Below, in pieces: positions 9,647 to 18,010 of a DNA stretch of 64,000 nucleotides (positions within the stretch are counted from its first letter, which is position 1; every line of letters begins with the position of its first letter). The notes under the pieces are model-generated. The model was not told where the DNA came from. It ran no database searches and worked only from the letters and a program-made list of their open reading frames with translations. Origin of the DNA: Bacillota bacterium (GTDB taxonomy: Bacteria; Bacillota; UBA5301); contig JAAYHC010000068.1 of NCBI GenBank assembly GCA_012735535.1, forward strand, positions 62,282 through 126,281, written 5' to 3'. The position numbers and the translations under genes are program-made.

Positions 9647-12376
9647 TCAAGCTATTCCCAAAACCTTCCTAATGTTTCTTTTTAAGGAGATAGCCATTTC
9701 CACCGTCAGGTCTTGGAGCCAACTAACGAAAAAGGCAACAGCGCAGACAATTCCCCATTCTCCCGGCGCCAAGGCTGTAACCTGAAAGATTGTTTGCAAT
9801 AAAGGTGTAGTGACCACCAAGACATGAATGGTCAGCGACATGAGCACAGCTGCCGTGAGGTAGGGATTTGCAACTAAATCGGCAAAAAAGCCCCGCGAAT
9901 CTCTGCCCCGACAACGGAAAACATATAACAATTGTGCGATGACCAGGGTTGAAAAGGCCATGGTGCGCGCGGTCGGCAAAGCGGCACCTGATAGCAGACT
10001 TTGGATAAATACGCCGATGGTCCCTAAAGCGATTAGAGTTCCCTGCAGCAAAATTGTTTTCAATAAACCCGCATTGACCACCCCTTCAGATATTGGCCTA
10101 GGCGGTCGCTGCATCACCCGCGGACTGACCGGATCAAGGGTTAAAGCAATAGCTGGCAACCCATCGGTCACCAAGTTCATCAACAAAATCTGTACCGCAA
10201 TTAACGGCAAGGGCAGGTTCAGAGCGGCGGCCAGCAACATCGTCAGAACTTCACCGGTATTGCAACCCAATAAATACCTGATAAACTTGCGGATATTCTC
10301 GAAGATTCCGCGTCCTTCTTCGATGGCTGCTACGATGGTGGCGTAGTTGTCATCAGATAAAATAATGGCAGAAGCCTCTTTGGCCACATCTGTCCCGCTT
10401 TCACCCATACTAATGCCGATATCGGCCTCCTTAATCGCCGGCGCGTCATTAACCCCGTCGCCGGTCATAGCCACAACCTCACCTTGCGCCTTGAGCAGTC
10501 GGACCAATCGGATCTTGTGTTCCGGCGCGACCCGGGCAAAAACGGTAAGATCTGCAAGGCGACGGCTGAGTTCATGGTCACTCAAGGCATCGAGCTCTTC
10601 CCCGGTAATCGCCCGGTCAGAAAGCCCAACTTGCCGAGCAACCGCAATCGCGGTCAGCTTATGATCACCGGTAATCATCAGGGTCCTGATCCGCGCTTGG
10701 CGAGCCGCCTGGATCGCCCCGGCGACCTCCGGGCGGGGTGGATCGACCATACCGACCAGGCCAACTAGGATTAAATTACTTTCTGTATCATCATCCGTCT
10801 CCAGTTCGGCCGCGATCCGATAAGCCGCAGCTAAAACCCGCAAACCTTGAGCGCTGAGCTCCTCGGTCCGACTGAGAAACTGGCGTCTGGTGGCCGGATC
10901 GAGTCGCCTCACTTCGGAACCGCACAGATAATAAGCTGCTCGATTAATCAGAACATCCGCGGCACCTTTGGAAAGTATCATCCGCTCTTCGTTCTCAGCG
11001 GTCAGAATAACGCTCATCCGTTTGCGTTCACTGTCAAAAGGAATCTCTTTGATTAATTTACGCGCCTTTCTTTCCGTCTCGTAATCATAACCTATTTTTT
11101 GGGCCAAAACCAATAAAGCTACCTCAGTCGGATCACCAACGATCCCCCATTGCCGCGAACGATTAAATAGGTTACGTCGCGATCCGGATTTCAGTTCCGC
11201 GTTGTTGCACAAAGCTACGATTTCGGCCAGCTTCACTAATGCCGGATCAGTACTCGGGTTGATCACTGTGCCGCCGGCGGAAATAATTTCACCACGTGGC
11301 GAATACCCTTCGCCGGAAACAAAAAAACGACGGTCATCAGCCAGCCAGATCTGGGTCACCGTCATCTCATTCTTTGTCAAGGTGCCGGTTTTGTCCGCGC
11401 AGATGACCGTAGTACAGCCCAGGGCCTCCACAGCCGAGAGCCTACGAATGATCGCCTTACGTTTGATCATGCGTTGGACACCTAAGGCCAAAGAAATGGT
11501 GACCACCGCCGGCAACCCTTCCGGAATAGCCGCTACCGCCAGACTCACACCGGTCAAGAACATTTCGTTCCAGGCCCGCCCTTGTGCCACCCCTAAGCAA
11601 AAGACTAGGAGACAGATTCCGAGACAAGCTTTGACGAGTAAGGCACCTAGGTGGACCAAGCGCCGCTGAAGGGGGGTGGGTTCTTCCTGGATTTCTCCGA
11701 TCAACCGGGCGATCTTACCAATTTCGCTCGCTGCCCCGGTTCCGACAACAACACCCAAGCCCCGCCCGCGGGTGACCACTGTGCCTAGATGCAACATATT
11801 CCGACGGTCTCCGACTAATACGCCGGCGGCCGGCAAGGCCGCATGGTCTTTGTTAACCGGTACCGATTCTCCGGTCAGGGCTGATTCATCGACTTCTAAG
11901 CCCACGCTATCAAGAAGTCGTAAATCCGCCGGCACCCGATCACCCTGAGCGAGTTTGACGATATCTCCCGGCACCAGAGTCTCAGCCGGGACAGTTAACG
12001 TCATTCCGGAACGGATGACAGTCGCCTGGGGAGCCGTTAGCTCCTTTAATCTTTCTAAAGAACGCTCCGCACGGTATTCTTGGTAAAGACCGAGGACCGC
12101 ATTGATGAGGACAATCGCAATGATGGTCAAGGCGTCAACGTATTCACCCAAGAGCATAGAAATCACGGTCGCCGCCAACAACACCAGCACCATCACATCT
12201 TTGAACTGGCCTAAAAACATCTGCCAGATGGTGGGCCCTTTTTGTGTCGGCAACTCATTCTTGCCCCATTTATAGAGGCGCTTGGCGGCTTCGGATGCGG
12301 TCAATCCTTTAACCGGATCAGTCCGCAACAAACGCAATACTTCGACTTTGCTCAGTGCGTGCCAAACCTGCGGCAA
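9647..12376 (-). CDS. P-type cation-transporting ATPase, Ca2+-ATPase YloB-like
   Basis: 909 aa with DKTGTLT and TGDGVNDAPA motifs. TTG start preceded by a GGAAGGTGA Shine-Dalgarno. Sits next to yicC as in Bacillus yloB-yloC. Confidence 0.9.
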   Translation of the reverse strand: MPQVWHALSKVEVLRLLRTDPVKGLTASEAAKRLYKWGKNELPTQKGPTIWQMFLGQFKDVMVLVLLAATVISMLLGEYVDALTIIAIVLINAVLGLYQEYRAERSLERLKELTAPQATVIRSGMTLTVPAETLVPGDIVKLAQGDRVPADLRLLDSVGLEVDESALTGESVPVNKDHAALPAAGVLVGDRRNMLHLGTVVTRGRGLGVVVGTGAASEIGKIARLIGEIQEEPTPLQRRLVHLGALLVKACLGICLLVFCLGVAQGRAWNEMFLTGVSLAVAAIPEGLPAVVTISLALGVQRMIKRKAIIRRLSAVEALGCTTVICADKTGTLTKNEMTVTQIWLADDRRFFVSGEGYSPRGEIISAGGTVINPSTDPALVKLAEIVALCNNAELKSGSRRNLFNRSRQWGIVGDPTEVALLVLAQKIGYDYETERKARKLIKEIPFDSERKRMSVILTAENEERMILSKGAADVLINRAAYYLCGSEVRRLDPATRRQFLSRTEELSAQGLRVLAAAYRIAAELETDDDTESNLILVGLVGMVDPPRPEVAGAIQAARQARIRTLMITGDHKLTAIAVARQVGLSDRAITGEELDALSDHELSRRLADLTVFARVAPEHKIRLVRLLKAQGEVVAMTGDGVNDAPAIKEADIGISMGESGTDVAKEASAIILSDDNYATIVAAIEEGRGIFENIRKFIRYLLGCNTGEVLTMLLAAALNLPLPLIAVQILLMNLVTDGLPAIALTLDPVSPRVMQRPPRPISEGVVNAGLLKTILLQGTLIALGTIGVFIQSLLSGAALPTARTMAFSTLVIAQLLYVFRCRGRDSRGFFADLVANPYLTAAVLMSLTIHVLVVTTPLLQTIFQVTALAPGEWGIVCAVAFFVSWLQDLTVEMAISLKRNIRKVLGIA

Positions 12377-12423
12377 GCGATATCACCTTCCCCAAAAGAT
12401 CAGCATATTCATATTCCCTGGGC

Positions 12424-12454
12424 GTAAAAAAAATGCACCCCCCTACAGGGGTGC
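12424..12454 (-). terminator. rho-independent terminator downstream of the AMP-binding ligase gene
   Basis: Hairpin gcacccc...ggggtgc followed, on the minus strand, by a run of 8 T (an A-run on plus at 12426-12433). Confidence 0.8.
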
Positions 12455-12473
12455 AATGAAGTGTTTCTCCAGT

Positions 12474-14150
12474 TTACGCCGTTTCGGACTGGCGATCCGT
12501 TGTCTCTTCAGCAACAAGTTGATTGGCTATTTCACGTAGTTTGTACTTCTGAATCTTCCCGGAGGTGGTCATCGGAAACTCGGTCACAAACCGGAGATAC
12601 CGCGGCACTTTGTGCCGGGAGATGCGTTTACGCAAATACTCGAGTATCTCCTCTTCAACCGCCTCTACATCAGGTTTCAGCTTCACAAAAGCGAAAACTT
12701 CTTCCCCGTAAACCTGGCTCTGCACGCCGACCACCTGTGCCTCCGAAACTTTCGGGTGCTTGTGCAGATATTCCTCAACCTCGCGCGGGTAAATGTTTTC
12801 GCCGCCACGGATAATCATATCTTTGATCCGTCCAACGATCTGGTAATACCCGTTTTCATCAACACAAGCCAGATCACCGGTATGCAGCCAACCCTCTTCA
12901 TCAATAGCCGCAGCCGTTGCCTGGGGGTCTTTATAATAACCTTTCATTACATGATAGCCACGTGTGCATAATTCGCCAGGCTGACCTGGTCCAAGCTCAC
13001 GACCGGTTTCGGGATCGATGATCTTAACTTCAACGTGAGGCATAGCTCTACCAACCGTGGATACTCGTAGTTCTACCGGGTCGGTGGTATCGGTCATCGT
13101 AATTGCCGGCGAGGCCTCTGTCTGACCATAGGTGATCGTAATCTCACGCGCTCCCATCCGTTCCATAACCTCACGCATTACCTCTTCAGGGCAAGGCGAT
13201 CCGGCCATAATACCGGTGCGAAGCGTGGATAACTTAGTCTTGGCAAAGTTGGGGTGTTCGAGCATGGTGATAAACATGGTCGGAACCCCGTGCACAGCGG
13301 TGCAACGTTCCTGTTCAATTACTTCTAACGTCCGCCGTGGGCTGAAATGATCGAGGGCTACGATCGTACTGCCATGCGTCACGCAAGCCATGATACCAAG
13401 TACGCAACCAAAACAATGGAAAAAGGGTACCGGAATACACAAACGATCCCAGGCGGTCAATTTCATCTTTTCGCCAATCTGAAATCCGTTATTAACGATA
13501 TTATGGTGAGTTAGCATCACGCCCTTGGGGAAACCGGTCGTTCCTGAAGTGTACTGGATGTTGACAACGTCATCCCAGCTCAGCTCCGCTTCGCGCGCGG
13601 CCAACTCGCGATCCGAGATCTTGCTGGCTAAGCTCAGAAAATCAGCCCATTTGAGCATACCGACAGCTGGCTGGTCGCCGATTTTAATCACGCGTTTCAG
13701 CTTAGGCAGAGCAGCACTCTGCAAATTGCCCGGTTGGCAAGAGAGCAGTTCCGGACAGAGTTCAGTCACCGTTTGCACATAATTAACGTCTTTGAAGCCA
13801 TCAATGACAAATAATGTGGTCACATCGGCCTGTCTGAGCAAATACTCCAGCTCAAACAATTTGTAGTTGGTGTTAATGGTAACCAAGACCGCGCCCATCA
13901 TTGCTGTCGCAAACTGGAGTTCCAGCCACTCCGGAACATTCGTCGACCAGACGGCAACATGATCCCCTTTTTCTACTCCCACGGCCATTAAAGCCTTGGC
14001 TACTACGCGACAGCGCTGTTCAAACTCGCGATAAGTCCACCGCACCCCCTGGTCCGGAAAAACGGCGGCCTCATTATCGGGAAACTCCGCGCAGATTCGG
14101 CTCAACATTCCGCCAATAGTACAGTCCATCAGCTCTACATCTCTACTCAC
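12474..14150 (-). CDS. AMP-dependent synthetase/ligase (acyl-CoA synthetase family)
   Basis: 558 aa with the IQYTSGTTGFPKGV AMP-binding motif. GTG start at 14150 with AGGAGG upstream; an alternative ATG lies at 14129. Confidence 0.85.
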   Translation of the reverse strand: MSRDVELMDCTIGGMLSRICAEFPDNEAAVFPDQGVRWTYREFEQRCRVVAKALMAVGVEKGDHVAVWSTNVPEWLELQFATAMMGAVLVTINTNYKLFELEYLLRQADVTTLFVIDGFKDVNYVQTVTELCPELLSCQPGNLQSAALPKLKRVIKIGDQPAVGMLKWADFLSLASKISDRELAAREAELSWDDVVNIQYTSGTTGFPKGVMLTHHNIVNNGFQIGEKMKLTAWDRLCIPVPFFHCFGCVLGIMACVTHGSTIVALDHFSPRRTLEVIEQERCTAVHGVPTMFITMLEHPNFAKTKLSTLRTGIMAGSPCPEEVMREVMERMGAREITITYGQTEASPAITMTDTTDPVELRVSTVGRAMPHVEVKIIDPETGRELGPGQPGELCTRGYHVMKGYYKDPQATAAAIDEEGWLHTGDLACVDENGYYQIVGRIKDMIIRGGENIYPREVEEYLHKHPKVSEAQVVGVQSQVYGEEVFAFVKLKPDVEAVEEEILEYLRKRISRHKVPRYLRFVTEFPMTTSGKIQKYKLREIANQLVAEETTDRQSETA

Positions 14151-14301
14151 TAGTATCCTCCTCGCTTCTTTCCTACTACGCGCATCAACGCGCCTACACT
14201 CTCCTCACTTCGAAGCAATCCTCTATTTGCTGCTAATACCTGTTCATTCACTCACAGCTTATACCGACCACCTCTTCCGCAACTTATTCAATTGTCAAAG
14301 T

Positions 14302-14339
14302 ATAAAAAACGGACCTTTCGCTAGAGACGAAAAGGTCCG
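14302..14339 (-). terminator. intrinsic terminator, expression platform of the putative T-box leader
   Basis: An 11-bp bulged stem (cggacctttcg / cgaaaaggtccg, minus-strand sense) followed by TTTTTTAT on the minus strand. Confidence 0.75.
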
Positions 14340-14540
14340 TGGTACCACTCTAATTAGCCATAACAATGGCTCACTCTTGCTCCAGATATCGGTGGAAACC
14401 GGTTAGCTCTACTTGCTGAGTTTCAAGCTACTGCTCCAGGGGGAGTTCACCTAGCAGCCGAGGCTGTCTCGCAGCAACCGACAGCTCTCTGTACTCGACA
14501 CCTCTAAGTTACTGATCCCTATCATCGCCTCGAACTTATA
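14340..14540 (-). promoter_or_regulatory. putative T-box riboswitch leader (tRNA-sensing antitermination element)
   Basis: Minus-strand sequence AATTAGAGTGGTACCACGG matches the T-box consensus AAUUAGGGUGGNACCGCGG and runs directly into the 5' arm of the terminator. Upstream are a GGCGATGA (GA/K-turn-like) element and a CAGAGAG element, as in Stem I. Confidence 0.6.
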
Positions 14541-14545
14541 CGGTT

Positions 14546-15082
14546 TTAAGATGTCTTCGATGTTACCGACCTTGGACGCCGTGCCAAGTTCTGACTAAAC
14601 TGCACTACCGGTTGGAGAACGGCGATACCAATGGCGTTTATTGCAATCGCCGGGATAACAACGGTAATATAAAGAGCGCTAAAGCTACCCGGCAAGCCAA
14701 CAATCAGAGCCGCAGAACCCAAAAAGACCAATCCGCTTAAAGCGGTGCCGACAATTGTAATAATCTCCGCCCGGACAATCGGCGACAAAGAAGCGGGCAA
14801 AGAACGTAAAATCAAATAAACAATGCTGGCGGTAACTGCTTTATCGATGATGTTCGGCAACTGGCCTCCCGGAAAAGTAGAGGTAATTGCAGCCAACACC
14901 CCACCCAACAAGCCGGTGACCAGTACCATTTTATAATCATCATGTTTGAGCAACAGAGCGATAAACATCATCAGCAGAAGTGTATCGGGTTTCATCCCAA
15001 ATAACAGCGGGGGGGTGATGAAATGTAAAATATACCCGATAGCCAATAACAACGCAACCTGAATACCATCACGAACTTGCAT
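14546..15082 (-). CDS. small polytopic membrane transporter, TrpP-like / ECF S-component-like
   Basis: 178 aa, 5-6 predicted TM helices, conserved ...FPGGQLPNIIDK... block. Confidence 0.5.
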   Translation of the reverse strand: MQVRDGIQVALLLAIGYILHFITPPLLFGMKPDTLLLMMFIALLLKHDDYKMVLVTGLLGGVLAAITSTFPGGQLPNIIDKAVTASIVYLILRSLPASLSPIVRAEIITIVGTALSGLVFLGSAALIVGLPGSFSALYITVVIPAIAINAIGIAVLQPVVQFSQNLARRPRSVTSKTS

Positions 15083-15149
15083 CTGTCTCCACTCCTCTTT
15101 TCTCTTCGTTCTCTTCTCAACTCACCTGTTCTCTCGGCAAGTTACTGGT

Positions 15150-15178
15150 AGTATATCACATCGGTTCCAATCTGACAA
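15150..15178 (-). promoter_or_regulatory. sigma-A-type promoter for the TrpP-like gene
   Basis: Minus-strand TTGTCA, 17 nt, TATACT. Overlaps the stop codon of the upstream gene. Followed by an RBS AGGAGTGG. Confidence 0.5.
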
Positions 15179-16607
15179 TAATTAATTGTTTAGCTTTTTC
15201 CTCCCTATCTTGGTTGATACTAAACTTTTGAGCAGGGTTGACATACTGGATCGCCGGAGCCTCGGCCGGAGTTAATACAGCTTGCCACAAGTCCGGGGCG
15301 ACAAGTTTCTCAGTCGCGGCGTTTTCGTAGTCACGTTTAGAGAAAAAATCTTCACGATGCGTAACTGCTTCCAGCTCGACCACCAAACGCTGGCGAGCAC
15401 TTAATTTATCAGCTAGTTCACGGGCAACTTCAGTGCCACGGCTCTCCTGACACAGGGTAAAGACCCTGTTGTTGGCCTCACCCAGCTGGGCTTGCAAACC
15501 TTGTGGCGACGCCTTCTGCCAAGCCTTCGTATAACGATCTAAACGATAGTCCAGCTCAGCGCGGATTCGATCAGCCTCTTGTTGGGCGTAATATTTCCTG
15601 AGCAGTTCGGCCTCATCAGTACCGGCCAAATGTTTTTTCAGTTCTTTCTTGGTCCGACGTAAGTCAGTTTTAGCGTCCAGCAGTTGATCTTGACAATCAA
15701 AGTACTGATCGGCTCCGGCTTTATTTTTCCGGTACCAGACTGCGGCAAAAGCCAAGAGACCGACGCCAACAATCGCTGAGCCAATCAACAGTTCGCCCAG
15801 ATGAAAACCTAGATACCAGCCGATTACTGTGAGAATGAGCAGACTCAGACCTAGCCAAAACATGGAAAGTGCACGGCGATAGCCGTCGTACTCGGGCATC
15901 AGTGCGGCAATTTTACTGTTCAAATCCGCTATTTGCTCCTCGAACCGGTTAATTCGTTCTTTTATTTCTTCAAGTTCCGCGATATATTCCGGCTTAACCG
16001 GGGAGCCAATTATACCTTGCACCGAAGCGGCAAATTTTTCCGTTTGTTCCTGGACTTGACAGACTTTGGCCCATAATAACCGGCGCATCCCGTTAATATG
16101 CGCGATTTCTCGCTGCAAGGCGCAAACGTTGTCCACCTCTTGCCGTAGGTTTTCAACAGCCTCACCGGTCAAGGCGGTGATCGCTTCTTCCATGGCAGCG
16201 AGTTTGCTCAAAAAACCAGTCGCGGTTTGGGTAGGCTCGCCTTGATTTAGCACCAACAGATTGTGCAACTGAGCCGGCGATGTGACACCCCACTTGCTGG
16301 CGATCAGATGGGCTAAATCGGTGATCGTCTCCGGAAGCCGTCCGTCCTGTGACAGGTGTTCCCCCTCAGCATCCAGGCGATACACCCAGGTTGTTTCATC
16401 AGATTCGACAAACTTCAAGGTGACAAAGTCTTCCGGTTGCAGGGTCAAACTCTCCGGTGCAAATACAACCTTGGTGAACAGAGCAAAGTCTTCTGTGCCG
16501 AGCTCCAGCGGTTTATCCGGCGAAAGTTCAAACCTCGCCCTGCTGTTTTCAAGCTGATATTGAAAACAAACCAACTTCAATTTACCCCACCACCCACAGT
16601 ACTTCAT
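15156..16607 (-). CDS. hypothetical coiled-coil membrane protein (two central TM helices), third gene of the SNF2 operon
   Basis: 483 aa with long heptad-like charged stretches (EELEEIKERINRFEEQIADLNSKIAAL; KTDLRRTKKELKKHL) flanking a hydrophobic hairpin (LSMFWLGLSLLILTVIGWYLGFHLGELLIGSAIVGVGLLAFAAVWY). Confidence 0.6.
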   Translation of the reverse strand: MKYCGWWGKLKLVCFQYQLENSRARFELSPDKPLELGTEDFALFTKVVFAPESLTLQPEDFVTLKFVESDETTWVYRLDAEGEHLSQDGRLPETITDLAHLIASKWGVTSPAQLHNLLVLNQGEPTQTATGFLSKLAAMEEAITALTGEAVENLRQEVDNVCALQREIAHINGMRRLLWAKVCQVQEQTEKFAASVQGIIGSPVKPEYIAELEEIKERINRFEEQIADLNSKIAALMPEYDGYRRALSMFWLGLSLLILTVIGWYLGFHLGELLIGSAIVGVGLLAFAAVWYRKNKAGADQYFDCQDQLLDAKTDLRRTKKELKKHLAGTDEAELLRKYYAQQEADRIRAELDYRLDRYTKAWQKASPQGLQAQLGEANNRVFTLCQESRGTEVARELADKLSARQRLVVELEAVTHREDFFSKRDYENAATEKLVAPDLWQAVLTPAEAPAIQYVNPAQKFSINQDREEKAKQLIIVRLEPM

Positions 16608-16624
16608 CCATTTCTATTTATCGT

Positions 16625-18010
16625 TCAATCGAGAATTTCCTCTCCTGACAGAAGGTTCACACAACAGGGACAGACTGCAGGGCCACAACGGCAGCACAAA
16701 AGGCAATCCGTACTGCTCGTCGCAGACGGCAACAGACAGGAATACCGGCAGTACTGGCAAATTTTCTGCCCACATCCGGGACAAACGGCGGCTGGAAACA
16801 TGGTAGGCTGCCCGCACACTTCACAGACCTCAGCGCATCTGGAACATAACAGCCCTGCCTCAGAAGTTATCATCAGGTCATAAGTTGGGCGCTCACACCT
16901 CTGACACTGTAGGTCCAGCCAAGCATCAGCACAAAAATCGTACACCAGTCTAATCCTTTCGCACTCGTTCAACCGGCTTTCTACGGTGAACACAGCTCGC
17001 GGTAGGTACACGCGGGCTGCAGAAACAAGAGTGACCAGTGCCTGCGGAGTGTATTTCCTCCTTAGCTCATGCAGACGCTTACTTTTTTCCCTGGCTAACA
17101 TTTGCCCGTACCGACTGCAGCGATCTTTTTCGTACTGGATTTGTTGTCGATAATCCTCTAGTCGACTATTGAAAAGCTCCCTGGTTTGCGCCGTTTTGGC
17201 CAGGGCGACCCGGACTTCGAGTACGGCTGCTTTGTGCAATAACTCGTATAAACGTTTCATTTCTTCGCGTAACAAAGTATCGTAATACTCGTCCAAGACT
17301 TGCTCTTCGCATTTAAGCCGAGCCAATTGTTCTTTTTCAAAGGCAGAAAAAGACTCTAAAATCCAGCGGTGGAGGAAAAGGCAGGCTTGCCGATAAAGCT
17401 GGAAAGTCCGGTAATCTGTCTCACGGAACCAGCTCAAGTTGGCTAAATGCGTGTCGAGTAAACTTCCTTTCTCTTTATAGAGTCGAGGGTATCTCCTCCG
17501 GTCCGGCAAGGGACGAAAGCCCTCCGGTAAACTGCACAGCCCCTTCGGCAGCTCCCAGATTTCCACTTGATCAGTTTCCGGATCGGCCGCCAGACTGATG
17601 AGCAAATCTTTACGCAGATCGGCAAGCAAAGACAGGCGAAAGAGAAAAACCAGCTTGGCATGGTAGATTATCGTCGGTTGCCGGGCTATAAGATGGACAC
17701 CTTTCACCGGTATGCGCGCCAGCTTCTCTCGAAAAACTGCGTAGTCTTTCGCCGATAAAGGATAAATTAGATTGGCGGCCCAACCTTGGCTCCGGGCGGA
17801 ACTGATCAAACGGTCCAGTACCGGGTGGCCGTAGGTGATAAACTCGGCCGAATCAGCGCCGATCAGGTCAGGCTGATGAGTATACGTCACCGGCTCACCG
17901 TCGAACCAAAAGCGGAAGACATTTTCGCCAATCCTCTCGCGTTCGATGCCCTGATAGTGACAGAATAATTCGATGAACCGGGCAACATCCGAACAACCTG
18001 TACCACTCAT
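16625..18010 (-). CDS. hypothetical protein with a C-terminal cluster of CxxC zinc-ribbon motifs
   Basis: 461 aa. The C-terminus carries CQRC, CSRC, CEVC, CPGC, CQYC, CLLCCRC and CPCC. 4-nt ATGA overlap with the helicase gene. Confidence 0.6.
   Translation of the reverse strand: MSGTGCSDVARFIELFCHYQGIERERIGENVFRFWFDGEPVTYTHQPDLIGADSAEFITYGHPVLDRLISSARSQGWAANLIYPLSAKDYAVFREKLARIPVKGVHLIARQPTIIYHAKLVFLFRLSLLADLRKDLLISLAADPETDQVEIWELPKGLCSLPEGFRPLPDRRRYPRLYKEKGSLLDTHLANLSWFRETDYRTFQLYRQACLFLHRWILESFSAFEKEQLARLKCEEQVLDEYYDTLLREEMKRLYELLHKAAVLEVRVALAKTAQTRELFNSRLEDYRQQIQYEKDRCSRYGQMLAREKSKRLHELRRKYTPQALVTLVSAARVYLPRAVFTVESRLNECERIRLVYDFCADAWLDLQCQRCERPTYDLMITSEAGLLCSRCAEVCEVCGQPTMFPAAVCPGCGQKICQYCRYSCLLPSATSSTDCLLCCRCGPAVCPCCVNLLSGEEILD

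Noticed and set aside
14351-14545. Small 24-codon ORF (ATGATAGGGATCAGTAAC...) inside the putative T-box leader, as a possible leader peptide
   Set aside because: The GAGG lies only 2 nt from the ATG, with no other coding signal. The region is better explained as structured RNA.
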